Source: an uncultured delta proteobacterium
Lineage (GTDB): Bacteria; Desulfobacterota; Desulfobulbia; Desulfobulbales; Desulfocapsaceae
Length of the DNA: 64,000 nt
Reading direction: 5' to 3'
Assembly: GCA_963847035.1 (NCBI GenBank)
Contig: CAWJYH010000025.1
Coordinates: 1,190-65,189, forward strand
A program made the position numbers and the translations under genes. The notes beneath the pieces are model-generated. The model was given only the letters and a program-made list of their open reading frames with translations, was not told the DNA's origin and searched no databases. Shown piece after piece: positions 37,356-48,752 of the stretch. Within the stretch, counting starts at the first letter, position 1, and each line of letters begins with the position of its first letter.

Positions 37356-38435
37356 CTATTTGAACTGCTCGACAAACTCTCCGTATCCCGATTCGAGAAG
37401 TTTTTCAACCTCGATGAAGCGGAGGGCGGCGGAATTGATACAGTAGCGCAGTCCCGTCGGCGGCGGCCCATCGTCGAAGACATGGCCGAGATGGGAATTG
37501 CCCTTGCGACTGCGGACCTCGGTTCGGACGGTGAAAAAACTTCTGTCCTTATGCTCGACGATGTTGTCCGCGACCACCGGCCGGGTGAAGCTGGGCCACC
37601 CGGTCCCGGAATCGAACTTGTCGCGCGAGCTGAAAAGCGGCTCACCGGAGACGATATCGACGTAGAGACCGGCCTTTTTGTTGTCCCAGTATTCGTTGTC
37701 GAAAGGCGGCTCGGTGCCGTTTTCCTGGGTCACATGGTATTGGATCGCCGACAGCCGCTGCCGCAGATCCTGCCCGCTTCCTGTACCGGCGAGGTCGATC
37801 GCGGCGGCCTTCGCCCAGGTTGTGCGGAGAAAATCATCGCGGCCCGAGCCTGAACGGTAGAATTTGTACCGTATCGGATTGTTTTTGTAATAATCCTGGT
37901 GATATTCTTCCGCCTTCCAGAAACGGGGGGCATCCAGTATCGGGGTGACGATCGGCCCCTTCAGAATGCCGCTGGCTGCCAGCTTCTGTTTCGAGGCCAG
38001 GGCAGCCTTCCGCTGCTCTTCATTGGAGACGAAGATGGCGGAAATGTACTCGCGCCCGCGGTCGACAAACTGGCCGCCGGCGTCGGTCGGGTCGATCTGC
38101 CGCCAGAAGACGTCGAGCAACCGGCCGTAGGAAATCTTCTGCGGGTCGTAGGCGACCTCGACGACCTCGGTATGCCCGCCCGCACCGTAGTTCTCATAGG
38201 TCGGGTTTTCCGTGGTACCGCCGGCATAGCCGGATGTCACCGAAAGAACCCCGTCCAGTTCTTCGAAGGGCTTTTCCATGCACCAGAAACAGCCACCAGC
38301 AAAGAGAGCCTTCTCCATTGCCGGATGTGGGGATGTTGTATTCACGTCGTGCTTATCCTCCTTTGCCGATACAACGAAGCCGGCGGTCAACAGTAATGTC
38401 AGCGCCGTAATGACGCCCGCCCAGACAGATCTCAT
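37356..38435 (-). CDS. msrAB: Exported bifunctional methionine sulfoxide reductase MsrA-MsrB
   Basis: Signal peptide [24 protein letters not shown]. Msr[13 protein letters not shown]. MsrB GTGWPSF...[10 protein letters not shown]...RYCINS. Start at 38435. Confidence 0.95.
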   Translation of the reverse strand: MRSVWAGVITALTLLLTAGFVVSAKEDKHDVNTTSPHPAMEKALFAGGCFWCMEKPFEELDGVLSVTSGYAGGTTENPTYENYGAGGHTEVVEVAYDPQKISYGRLLDVFWRQIDPTDAGGQFVDRGREYISAIFVSNEEQRKAALASKQKLAASGILKGPIVTPILDAPRFWKAEEYHQDYYKNNPIRYKFYRSGSGRDDFLRTTWAKAAAIDLAGTGSGQDLRQRLSAIQYHVTQENGTEPPFDNEYWDNKKAGLYVDIVSGEPLFSSRDKFDSGTGWPSFTRPVVADNIVEHKDRSFFTVRTEVRSRKGNSHLGHVFDDGPPPTGLRYCINSAALRFIEVEKLLESGYGEFVEQFK

Positions 38436-38466
38436 GCCGGCCTCCCTGTAGATTGCCGCTGAATGG

Positions 38467-38643
38467 TTAGTTCTCGTTCGATTCCATGCCTCGCACTTCA
38501 TAGTTGTCAGCGATCACGCCGCTCCCGGCGGCCGGTGCCGAATACCCCTGGTAGTCGGCGGATTTTGACTGGCAACCTGCGAGGAACATGGCCATGGACA
38601 ATACTGCAACAAGTGCTAAGAGCGATTTTGTAAGAGTTTTCAT
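38467..38643 (-). CDS. Small lipoprotein (58 aa, below the ORF-track cut-off), paralogue of 38930..39199
   Basis: [68 protein letters not shown], lipobox FLAGC. Confidence 0.55.
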   Translation of the reverse strand: MKTLTKSLLALVAVLSMAMFLAGCQSKSADYQGYSAPAAGSGVIADNYEVRGMESNEN

Positions 38644-38691
38644 GACGATTTCTCCTCAAGTTCAGTTGATGAAGGCCATGAACTGCCGGCT

Positions 38692-38899
38692 TACTCCGAT
38701 GCCACAGAAAGAACCCCGTCCTGTTCTTCGTAGGGTTTTTCCAGGCACCGGAAACAGCCGCCGGCAAAGAGAGCCTTCTCCATTGCCGGAGGTGGGGGTG
38801 TTGTCTTCACGTTGAGCTTTTCCTTGTTTGCCGATACAGCGAAGCCGGCAGTGAAAGTAGTGTCAGTGCCGCGATGACGCCCGCCCAGACAAATCTCAT
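38692..38899 (-). pseudogene. Truncated, frameshifted copy of the msrA 5' end
   Basis: [15 protein letters not shown]... runs into a stop after about 30 codons. A second frame keeps [30 protein letters not shown] (intact gene: [27 protein letters not shown]). Confidence 0.6.
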
Positions 38900-38929
38900 G
38901 CCGGCTTCCCTGCAGGTTCCGTTTATTGG

Positions 38930-39199
38930 TTAATTCTCGTGCGATTCCGTCCCTCGCGCCTCATTGGTCGGTCCGAAGGTATCGTCACTGTGGGTGTCAT
39001 TGTCGGATACCCCTGCACCCCGGGTCGGGTCGGCGCGGCCTGGACCAGCGTCGCTGAAGTTGTCGGCGGTCATGCCGCTACCGGCCCCCGGTGCCGAATA
39101 TCCCTGCCAATCTGCGGATTTTGGCCCACAGCCGGCGACGAACATGGAAATGGAAAGTACTGCAACGAGTGCCAGGATCGATTTAGTAAGAGTCTTCAT
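38930..39199 (-). CDS. Small lipoprotein (89 aa)
   Basis: [24 protein letters not shown] lipobox. Its RBS and leader are almost identical to the 38467..38643 paralogue. Confidence 0.6.
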   Translation of the reverse strand: MKTLTKSILALVAVLSISMFVAGCGPKSADWQGYSAPGAGSGMTADNFSDAGPGRADPTRGAGVSDNDTHSDDTFGPTNEARGTESHEN

Positions 39200-39332
39200 G
39201 ACGATTTCTCCTCAAGTTCAGTTAATGAAGGCGATGAGAAATCACCTCCGATGCTTTGAAGATAAGGCGCCGTTGTAAGGATGGTATAACGGCTGTGTAA
39301 AGATCCGGTAAAGATGGCGGGAACGGCACCTT

Positions 39333-40406
39333 TCAGGCCGGCAGGGTGAACCAGATGCAGGTCCGCCCATCCGTGCTGTCGGCCCCGACCCGGCCGCCAT
39401 GGGCCTTGATCAGTTCCCGGGTGATCGCCAGACCGAGACCGGATCCCCCGCCATTGCGGCCGCGGGAACGGTCGGCACGGAAGAAGCGCTCGAAGATGAA
39501 GGGAAGGTCGGTGCTGGAGATTGCCGGGCCACTGTTGCAGAAGAGGATCTGCAGCCCATCGTTGCGGCGTCTGCTGGAGATCGCGACCTGGCCCCCGTCC
39601 GGGGTGTATTTGACGCAGTTGTCGAGGAGGTTGCGGACAGCCTGCAGGAATTTGTCCCGATCCGCCTGGACCGTGTCGGCCTCCGGCGGAAAATCGGTTG
39701 TCACCTCGAGGTGCTTTTCTTCGATCACCGGCCGGTACAGGGTCAGCATCTCCTGCAGTTGCTTTGATATCACCAGTTTTTCCCGGTGCAGGGATGCCCT
39801 GGCGGCGTCGGCGCGGGCCAGTTGCTGGAGGTTGTCGACGAGCCTGACCAGGCGCATGGTCTCGGTCAGCAACAGGTTGATGGTCTCGGGGGAAGGGGGG
39901 AGGACACCGTCGTTCAGGGCCTCGAGATAGCCGCGCAGGTTGGTCAACGGCGTCCGCAGTTCGTGGGCGACATCGGCTACCATGTTCCTGCGCAGCTGTT
40001 CGATCCGTTCCAGGCTGTCAGCCATGTGATTGAAGGAGACGCCGAGTTGTCCCACCTCATCGCCGGTGGTGACCGCCACCCGATTCGTGAAGTTGCCCGA
40101 TGCCACCGCCCGGGTGACGGCGTTCATCTGCGAGAGCGGTTGCAGCACCCTGCGGGTCAGCAGGTAACTGAGGATGAAACCGAGCAGCAGGGCGGCGATA
40201 CTGGCCCAGATCAGGGTGGCGTGGATTGAGGCGATGACCGTCTGGGGGATATCCGCCGGCTGTACCGGGATGTTTCCGAGCGGCTTGGGAAAATAGCCGG
40301 TTGCCAGGCCATCGAGCGCCAGCCAGATGATCAGGATGATCGCCACCACCGGTATCCCGTTGACCAGCAGCAGTTTCCAGAGCAGGTGTTGGCGGAAGGG
40401 GTTCAT
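39333..40406 (-). CDS. Sensor histidine kinase (two TM, HAMP, HisKA, HATPase_c; CusS/HprS-like architecture)
   Basis: H-box VADVAHELRTPLTNL, N-box LLDNCVKYTP, G-boxes FERFFRAD and GGSGLGLAITRELIKAHGG. Confidence 0.9.
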   Translation of the reverse strand: MNPFRQHLLWKLLLVNGIPVVAIILIIWLALDGLATGYFPKPLGNIPVQPADIPQTVIASIHATLIWASIAALLLGFILSYLLTRRVLQPLSQMNAVTRAVASGNFTNRVAVTTGDEVGQLGVSFNHMADSLERIEQLRRNMVADVAHELRTPLTNLRGYLEALNDGVLPPSPETINLLLTETMRLVRLVDNLQQLARADAARASLHREKLVISKQLQEMLTLYRPVIEEKHLEVTTDFPPEADTVQADRDKFLQAVRNLLDNCVKYTPDGGQVAISSRRRNDGLQILFCNSGPAISSTDLPFIFERFFRADRSRGRNGGGSGLGLAITRELIKAHGGRVGADSTDGRTCIWFTLPA

Positions 40407-41107
40407 AGGTCTCCCGGGTCGGCGAAGGCGTAACCGAAGCCGCGGACGGTGCGGATGAAGCGGGGTTGGGACGGCTGCCGTTCGATCTTCTGTCGCAGCT
40501 TGCCGATATGGACGTCGATCACCCGATCGATGACGATCTCGCCGTCATGATAGACGGCATCAAGCAGTTCGTTGCGGGAGAAGACCCGGCCGGGGGCCTG
40601 CATCAGGGCCTGGAGCAGTTTGTATTCCGAACTGGTCAGGTCGATACTCCTGCCGTCAAGGCTGACGCGGTGCCTGTCGAGATCCATTTCCAGTCCTCCG
40701 GAGCTCAGCTTTTTCCCCTGACTGTTGGCCTGCGGGTTCGAGCGCCGCAGGATGGCCTTGACCCGGGCCACCAGTTCGCGAGGGCTGAAGGGCTTGATGA
40801 CATAGTCGTCGGCGCCGAGCGCCAGACCGGTCACCCGGTCGATCTCCTCCTCCCGGGCGGTCAGCATCAGCACCGGCACATCGGAGAAGGTCCGCACCTG
40901 GCGGCAGACCTCCCACCCATCGAGCTTGGGCAGCATGATGTCGAGGATGATGATGCAGGGCCGGCGATGCCGGGCCAACAGCACGGCCTTTTCGCCATCA
41001 GCCGCGATTTCACAGGTAAAACCTTCATGCTCAAGATATGTCTTGACCAGATTTGCAGTGTTGAGGTCATCCTCGACAATCAACACCGGTCCGGCGCAGT
41101 GCAGCAT
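40403..41107 (-). CDS. OmpR-family response regulator
   Basis: REC (VLIVEDD...ILDIMLPKLDGWE) plus a winged-helix Trans_reg_C (LTSSEYKLLQAL...IRTVRGFGY). ATGA overlap with the kinase gene. Confidence 0.92.
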   Translation of the reverse strand: MLHCAGPVLIVEDDLNTANLVKTYLEHEGFTCEIAADGEKAVLLARHRRPCIIILDIMLPKLDGWEVCRQVRTFSDVPVLMLTAREEEIDRVTGLALGADDYVIKPFSPRELVARVKAILRRSNPQANSQGKKLSSGGLEMDLDRHRVSLDGRSIDLTSSEYKLLQALMQAPGRVFSRNELLDAVYHDGEIVIDRVIDVHIGKLRQKIERQPSQPRFIRTVRGFGYAFADPGDL

Positions 41108-41220
41108 GATATCCTCCTTGTCTGAATCTCGGCAGGAATGGCGGCCAGGGCAGAATGCATGCTATAAAATGTAGGCACTTTCGGGGGGAAAAGCCATTGT
41201 CATCTCCGACCGGTATCCGA

Positions 41221-42147
41221 TCAATCACCCGCCGTGTCACGGCCGGCCGGACAGGTTCCGGCTGCCGCCGGCCTGGCGCTGAGCCAGGTCTTGACCACGC
41301 CGCTGCCGAGAATCAGCAGGCAGCCGGCGATCTGCAGCGGTGCCAGGGTCTCGTTGAAGATCAGCCAGCCGAAGGCGATGACGGCAATCGGCTCGAAGTA
41401 GGCCAGGGTGCCGAAGGTCGCGGCGGGAAGGGTGCTGAGGGCGATGACGGCGCAGAGAATGGCGAGAAAGCCGGGAAAAAGACCGGTGCCGGTCAGCCAC
41501 AGCCAGTTGGTCGTCGAGATCGCCGGCGGTCTGGCGACGAGGAAGGGCAGCATGACCAGGGCCCCGGTGAGCAGCTGGTAGAAGGTCCGGCTATAGACAT
41601 GGACATGCGCCTTGATCGTCCGGTTGATGAGGATGAAGGCGGCGTAGCAGCACGATGCCAGGGCGGCCAGGCAGATTCCGGCGAAGTGGTTGCTGCCGCT
41701 GGAAAAATCGATGCGAAACTCCATCATCATGGCAAAACCGAAGAGGGCCGCGGCGATCAGCAGGACGCTGGCACGGTTCAACCGTTCGCCGAGAAAGAAA
41801 TGGGCATAGATCGATGCCGTCAGCGGCGCCAGGTAGACCAGCATGATGGCGTTGGCCATCGTCGTCAGGTTCATCGCCTGGACATAGAAGATGATGAAGC
41901 CGGACAACATGGTGCCGTTGATCAGGACCGGCCAGGTCGGCCACTGCCTGATACAGCCGGTCTGCCGGCAGGCAACAAGGTAGAGGAGCATGAAGCCGGC
42001 GCCGAAAAAGAGGCGGAAGAAGGTGATGGTTTCGGCGGACAGGCCGGTGATCTTCGAAAAGACGCCGATGGTCCCCATCAGCAGGGCGGAAAGAAGGGCG
42101 GCGACAATTCCTTTCAGGTTCATCGTTTCGGTGGGCTGCGGCGGCAT
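41221..42147 (-). CDS. EamA/DMT-family transporter
   Basis: About 10 TM segments with a two-fold EamA repeat. Start may be the internal MNLKG (42123). Confidence 0.85.
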   Translation of the reverse strand: MPPQPTETMNLKGIVAALLSALLMGTIGVFSKITGLSAETITFFRLFFGAGFMLLYLVACRQTGCIRQWPTWPVLINGTMLSGFIIFYVQAMNLTTMANAIMLVYLAPLTASIYAHFFLGERLNRASVLLIAAALFGFAMMMEFRIDFSSGSNHFAGICLAALASCCYAAFILINRTIKAHVHVYSRTFYQLLTGALVMLPFLVARPPAISTTNWLWLTGTGLFPGFLAILCAVIALSTLPAATFGTLAYFEPIAVIAFGWLIFNETLAPLQIAGCLLILGSGVVKTWLSARPAAAGTCPAGRDTAGD

Positions 42148-42430
42148 CGGCGGTATCCTCCGGTTATACGGGTATCAAAAGCGGTGCCCCGTGATACCAC
42201 AGGAAGCGATTTCCGGCAACGCGAAGATCGACCCTGCAGTCGCCGCGGCATCGGAAGTGTTCCGCAACAGACCTCATATAGCATGTAATGACAGGCAATT
42301 GTCCCGGTGGGGAGGTCGTTATTCGATTGCTTTTCGTGCAGGCATCATTTAAATATTATAATTATTGTATCAAATTCTTTGATTATGTCCGGCGGCGACG
42401 CCGGGAAATAATTTACAGGTGGGTAATTTC

Positions 42431-42808
42431 ATGCATTATCTTGTCTTTGTCTATGGCACCTTGAAGAAGGGGTTCAGTAATCACCGTCTGCTGTCCGGTG
42501 CCGAATTTGTTGCGGCGGCGCAGACACTGGAGAAATTTGCAATGTATTCGACCGGGACGCCGATTGTCCTCAAGGAGGAGGCGGTTTCGCCGATTTTCGG
42601 GGAACTCTACCGTGTCGATGAGAAGATACTGGCTGCCCTCGACAGCCTGGAAGGCCATCCCGACTGGTACCGGCGGGAGCAGGTCGAGGTCCTGGTCGAC
42701 GACGGAGAGCGGGGCACACGCATGGAGACGGCCTGGTTGTATTTCAGCCTCGACAAGCGTGGGACCCTGGTGCCGTCAGGAAAATTTGTGAAGGAAGCCC
42801 AGCCGTGA
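42431..42808 (+). CDS. Gamma-glutamylcyclotransferase (AIG2/GGACT-like)
   Basis: MHYLVFVYGTLKKGFSNHRLL ... GELY ... LDSLEGHP..Y.R. Confidence 0.85.
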   Translation: MHYLVFVYGTLKKGFSNHRLLSGAEFVAAAQTLEKFAMYSTGTPIVLKEEAVSPIFGELYRVDEKILAALDSLEGHPDWYRREQVEVLVDDGERGTRMETAWLYFSLDKRGTLVPSGKFVKEAQP

Positions 42809-42941
42809 CGGTGGGAGGTGCATCGGGCCGGGGGTGCAGCCGCAGCGGGCCGTGACCATCGTTGCAGTAACGGCTGATTGATTGGTTTTGCCGGCAAGGG
42901 CCGGGCATGTCGGAGCGGACAGGCCCGGCCCTTGCTGTTTT

Positions 42942-44327
42942 CTACATGCAGAGCGCCTGGTGCAGGGCCCGCTGGGCCTGGGCGAACTGCGTTCTCTCGA
43001 CGATGAACTGCATATTGGTCTGGCGGGGGGTCTGGGAAACGGCCAGGATATTGATATCGTTGGCGGCCAGCGACTGGGCGGCCCTGGCCAGGATTCCAGG
43101 CTGACCGATATTCGAGCCGATGGCGCAGACGATGGCCACCGGTCGGCTGGAGACTGATTCGAATTTATCCCTCAGATCGCCCAGCAGCGCCGGCGAGCAG
43201 TCGCGGTCGGCGATGATCATCGCGATCGTGTTGGCATTCGTCGCCTTACTGATATAGGACACCTGGTGCTTGGCCAGGACCTGCATGATACGCAGATCGA
43301 AGCCGACTTCGCCGACCATGCGGGTATCATGGATCTCCAGGCTGACGGCCTTGTCGGAGCCAGTGACGATTTCGACCTTGGATCGGGGGGCGATGAAATC
43401 CTTCGTGATCAGGGTCCCGGAATGGTTGGGATCGAAGGCGTTTTTGATCCGGATCGGGATGGCATTGATCTCGAGCGGCTTCGACGCCTTCGGGTGGATC
43501 GCCTCCATGCCGACGTCGGCCAGCTGGTCGGCGACATCGAAGTTGGTGTTGCAGACCGGGTGGATCTTGTCCTCGCCGATGATCAGCGGGTCGCCGGAAC
43601 ACAGGTGGTACTCCTTGTGGATGATCGCCTCCTTGGCGCCGAGGAGGACCGCCACCTTCGAGAAGGTCACCTCGGAATAGCCGCGGTCGAATTCCCGCAT
43701 GATCCCTTCCTTGCCCTTGGTGTAGCCGGTGGCGAAACAGATGGTCGAAAACGGGTCGATGGCCTTGAAGCTGTCCTTGATCCGCTCGTCGATCGTCAGT
43801 TGCCGGCTGTCCTCCCAGCCGCTGAGGTCGATAAATGTCGAATTATATCCCTGGTTCTTCAGGATGTTCGCCGAGTTGAAGGCGCTGTGCATCTCGCCGA
43901 GGGATGCCAGCAGTTCGCGGGCGGCGAGGAGCAGGGCCTTGTGCGAGACGTATCCCGAGGAGAGGACGTTGTCCATGCTGCGGAGGATATTGATGGTCAG
44001 ATCGATATGGTCGCCGATGAAATCGTTGGCCTCGTCGAGGTCGAGTCCGACCGGCACCAGGGCCTCGTTGAGCTTGAACAGATTGTCCCGCAGATCGAGC
44101 AGCTTGCGGGGATAGTTCTGCTGCTCCTTGAACAGCTGGTAGATGCCGGGTTTGCCGGTCTTCTTGTGTTCGAGCAGTTCGTTGGTGATGCCGCTGTAGG
44201 CGGAGACGATATAGATCCGGCCGTAGATGTCGTCGGGATTGCGGAGGATGATGTTGTCGATGATCTCCGGAAACCGGGACATCGAGGTGCCGCCGATTTT
44301 TTCGACGCGAAGGAGTGGAGTATGCAT
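42942..44327 (-). CDS. Aspartate kinase (monofunctional, with C-terminal ACT domains)
   Basis: VEKIGGTSMS..., IVSAYSGITNELL, and C-terminal tandem ACT-like regions (VSLEIHD..., VAIVCAIGSNIGQPGILARA). Confidence 0.9.
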   Translation of the reverse strand: MHTPLLRVEKIGGTSMSRFPEIIDNIILRNPDDIYGRIYIVSAYSGITNELLEHKKTGKPGIYQLFKEQQNYPRKLLDLRDNLFKLNEALVPVGLDLDEANDFIGDHIDLTINILRSMDNVLSSGYVSHKALLLAARELLASLGEMHSAFNSANILKNQGYNSTFIDLSGWEDSRQLTIDERIKDSFKAIDPFSTICFATGYTKGKEGIMREFDRGYSEVTFSKVAVLLGAKEAIIHKEYHLCSGDPLIIGEDKIHPVCNTNFDVADQLADVGMEAIHPKASKPLEINAIPIRIKNAFDPNHSGTLITKDFIAPRSKVEIVTGSDKAVSLEIHDTRMVGEVGFDLRIMQVLAKHQVSYISKATNANTIAMIIADRDCSPALLGDLRDKFESVSSRPVAIVCAIGSNIGQPGILARAAQSLAANDINILAVSQTPRQTNMQFIVERTQFAQAQRALHQALCM

Positions 44328-44555
44328 GGGCTGCTCTGTCGGGACCGTGAGAAGGTGGACAATGCGGCGGGCAGGAGGTGTCCCTGCGGTTGTTCCGCCA
44401 CACCGGTTATGGTGATGACAGGCCGTTGCCGGCTGGCGGCAGCCGACCAGAAGCAGAAAAAGCTAGCACAGATGAAAGCCAAATATCAAGGCCTTTTTCT
44501 CCCCGGTCGGCGGCCGGCCGGGGGAAAGTCGCGGGTCGCAAACCATCTACCGTCG

Positions 44556-45107
44556 TCAGAAGGAAAAACGAAGTTCCAGCTGATGCAGGTTGAGGCTCGG
44601 GTTCCTCGAGTAAATGTGGCCGTTGGATTGGTGGCCATAGCGGTAGCCGAGGGACAGGAAGGGGGTCAGCCGGAGGGCGGAACCGGCATGGAACAGAAAA
44701 AAGATCGGGCCGCCGAGATCATGATCGCCGATAACCGAATCTTCCAGAACGCCTGCCCCGACCCCGGTATTGAAGGTGACTCTGGGTAACGGTGTCGATA
44801 GGACGAGGTCGGTGGAAATCGAGGCGCTGAGACCGTCGTCGTTCTCCTGGTGGAGGTCGCGCAGGGCCAGCTCGGCGCGGGTGGCGAGATCCCATCCGGG
44901 AGAGAAGGTCCAGCTCCATGGCAACCGGTGGGCGACGAAAAGATCCCCCTGGGTGATGTCTTCGCCCCGAAACGAGGTGCTGGCTCTGAATCCGACTGAA
45001 TCGAGTTTCATATCGGACGCGCCGGCGGCCGGCGGCATGACGGGCAGCAGGAGGAAGAGGATTGCCGCGAGATGTCGTGGCCGGGGTAGCTGTTCAGGTA
45101 CATGCAT
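44556..45107 (-). CDS. Acyloxyacyl hydrolase / lipid A deacylase PagL-like outer-membrane protein
   Basis: Signal peptide, 8-strand-sized barrel, GHQSNGH motif resembling the PagL H-x-S-N-G catalytic block, C-terminal ...LRFSF. Confidence 0.65.
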   Translation of the reverse strand: MHVPEQLPRPRHLAAILFLLLPVMPPAAGASDMKLDSVGFRASTSFRGEDITQGDLFVAHRLPWSWTFSPGWDLATRAELALRDLHQENDDGLSASISTDLVLSTPLPRVTFNTGVGAGVLEDSVIGDHDLGGPIFFLFHAGSALRLTPFLSLGYRYGHQSNGHIYSRNPSLNLHQLELRFSF

Positions 45108-45113
45108 GATGAA

Positions 45114-46082
45114 TCAGAGTCTCTGCTCCTCCAGCAGTTGGTTGAGAAAAAGGCGGTAGTGGTTGGGCAGGCTCCGTTTGGGGGCCGAGATGATGTAGAA
45201 CGAGCGTTTCATCGTCAGGCCCTTGATCCTGATTTCCTTGACCAGGCCACTCTGGAGTTCGTCCTGCATCGCCAGGCGGGAGATGATCGATACCCCGAGG
45301 CCGGCCTTGACCGATTCCTTGATGGCGGTGCTCGATCCCAGTGTGGCGCAGATCTTCAGGTGCTCGATGCCGAGGTCCTTCCTGGCGAGAAAGGCCTCGA
45401 TATTCTTGCGCGTCCCCGATCCCTCCTCGCGCATCAGGAAGGGCAGGGCGGTCAGTCCGGTCACTTCGATCGTATCCGGAATGTTGGTGTCGGCGGCGGC
45501 GACGAGGACCAGTTCGTCCTCGATGAAGGTTTGGTAATTGACCTTGCGGGAAGGTATGCGGGCCCCGACGATGCCGATCAGCAGGTCGTTGTCGGCGACA
45601 CTGTCGACGATTCCGGCGGAATCGCCGATCCTGATCTCGAACGAGACGCCGGGATACCTCGCCTTGAACGACGACGCCAGCCTGGGAATGATGTATTCGC
45701 CCGGAATGGTGCTGGCCCCGATGATCAGTTCGCCGGCCACCCCCTTGCCGGTGGCGCTGACCTCGTCTTCCAGTTTGCGCAGGTCTTCGAGTATCGCCAG
45801 GGCCCGCGGGTAGAGGAGCTGGGCCTCGAGGGTCGGCAGGATCGACCGGCCGAGGCGGTCGAAGAGCCGGCAGTCGAGTCGCGACTCGAGGTTATGGATA
45901 TGCTCGCTGACCGTCGGCTGGCTGGTATGCAGCAATTCGGCGGCCTTGGTGAAGCTGCGGTTTTTGTAGACGGCGACGAAAACCTTCAGGTGTCGTGTTT
46001 CGATGGTCTCGGTCCTCAGGTTGGAGTTTGGATCACACAGTCGGCCGGGAAGGCTCGTGGACAAGCAAAAGTATAGTGCCAT
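45114..46082 (-). CDS. LysR-family transcriptional regulator
   Basis: HTH region RHLKVFVAVYKNRSFTKAAELLHTSQPTVSEHIHNLE plus a LysR substrate-binding domain. The annotated ATG gives an atypical extension of about 26 aa, so the start is uncertain. Confidence 0.85.
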   Translation of the reverse strand: MALYFCLSTSLPGRLCDPNSNLRTETIETRHLKVFVAVYKNRSFTKAAELLHTSQPTVSEHIHNLESRLDCRLFDRLGRSILPTLEAQLLYPRALAILEDLRKLEDEVSATGKGVAGELIIGASTIPGEYIIPRLASSFKARYPGVSFEIRIGDSAGIVDSVADNDLLIGIVGARIPSRKVNYQTFIEDELVLVAAADTNIPDTIEVTGLTALPFLMREEGSGTRKNIEAFLARKDLGIEHLKICATLGSSTAIKESVKAGLGVSIISRLAMQDELQSGLVKEIRIKGLTMKRSFYIISAPKRSLPNHYRLFLNQLLEEQRL

Positions 46083-46142
46083 CCTCCGGGATTTTCCAGT
46101 ATTTTCTGCGGCTTCGTCGTGATCGAAGTGGCCGGGACAACC

Positions 46143-47054
<912 letters not shown>

Positions 47055-47084
47055 GGCTGGCCTCTTCGTGGCGATATGGGTGGG

Positions 47085-48068
<984 letters not shown>

Positions 48069-48113
48069 GGCTGCGGTGCTCGCTGTTGGGGTAGGGGAAG
48101 GGAGGCGGCGGGG

Positions 48114-48752
48114 TCAGGCGCCGTCGGAATTTTTCTGTTCAATGATGAAGATACCATAAGTCGCCCGCCAATCGGCGAGAAATTCGACGACCTTGCCGCT
48201 GCGGCTGGCGGTGTCGGTATCGATGGCGATCTCGCGGACGATCCGGTAGCCGACGTCGCGGGCGAAGCGGCGGAAGTCGGCGAGGGTGATGACCCGGATG
48301 TTCGGGGTGTCGTACCAGGAGTACGGCAGCTGGTCGTTTTTCGGGGCCATGCCGCTCCACAGCAGCTGCAGCCGGATCGTCCAGTGGCTGAAGTTGGGGA
48401 AGCTGACGATCACCCGGCGGCCGATCCGGGCGAGGGAGCGGAGCAGGCGGGCCGGTTCGTAGACCTGCTGCAGGGTCTGGCTGAGGATGACGTAGTCGAA
48501 GCTTGCATCCGGGTAGTCTTCGACCTCGGTGTTGAGGTCGCCGTGGAGGACACTGAGACCGCGGGCGATGCAGCGGGCGGCCTTGTCCTTGTCCTGTTCG
48601 ATCCCGGCGCCCCGGACATCCCTGGCCGCCGCCAGCCAGGCCAGCAGGTCGCCGCTGCCGCAGCCGAGGTCGAGGACCCGGCTGCCCGGTTCGATCAGCG
48701 AGGCGATGACCTGGAGGTCGAACCGGATGTGTTCAGGCTGCGGCGACGCCAT
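48114..48752 (-). CDS. metW: Methionine biosynthesis protein MetW
   Basis: RFDLQVIASLIEPGSRVLDLGCGSGDLL and the rest match MetW. Overlaps the metX 3' end by 20 nt. Confidence 0.9.
   Translation of the reverse strand: MASPQPEHIRFDLQVIASLIEPGSRVLDLGCGSGDLLAWLAAARDVRGAGIEQDKDKAARCIARGLSVLHGDLNTEVEDYPDASFDYVILSQTLQQVYEPARLLRSLARIGRRVIVSFPNFSHWTIRLQLLWSGMAPKNDQLPYSWYDTPNIRVITLADFRRFARDVGYRIVREIAIDTDTASRSGKVVEFLADWRATYGIFIIEQKNSDGA

Larger units (their letters stand above)
38241..39245. repeat. Diverged tandem duplication (unit about 466 bp; second copy about 540 bp) covering the msrAB 5' end plus a small lipoprotein gene
   Basis: 38241-38706 aligns with 38707-39245. For example GAAAGAACCCCGTCC..GCAAAGAGAGCCTTCTCCATTGCCGGA occurs in both copies, as do GACGCCCGCCCAGAC..ATCTCATGCCGGC and CATGACGATTTCTCCTCAAGTTCAGTT. 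Copy 2 carries an extra stretch of about 93 nt in the lipoprotein ORF. Confidence 0.7.

Noticed and set aside
44328-44555. The 228-nt leader of the aspartokinase gene as a possible lysine (L-box) riboswitch. Also the metY (51190-51273) and TPR (51880-52209) leaders as possible SAM riboswitches.
   Set aside because: I could not find the conserved cores by eye: L-box AGAGGCGC...GGGAG or SAM-I GAGGGA...GCCC...GCAACC. The metY gap is too short for SAM-I. A covariance-model scan would be the decisive test.
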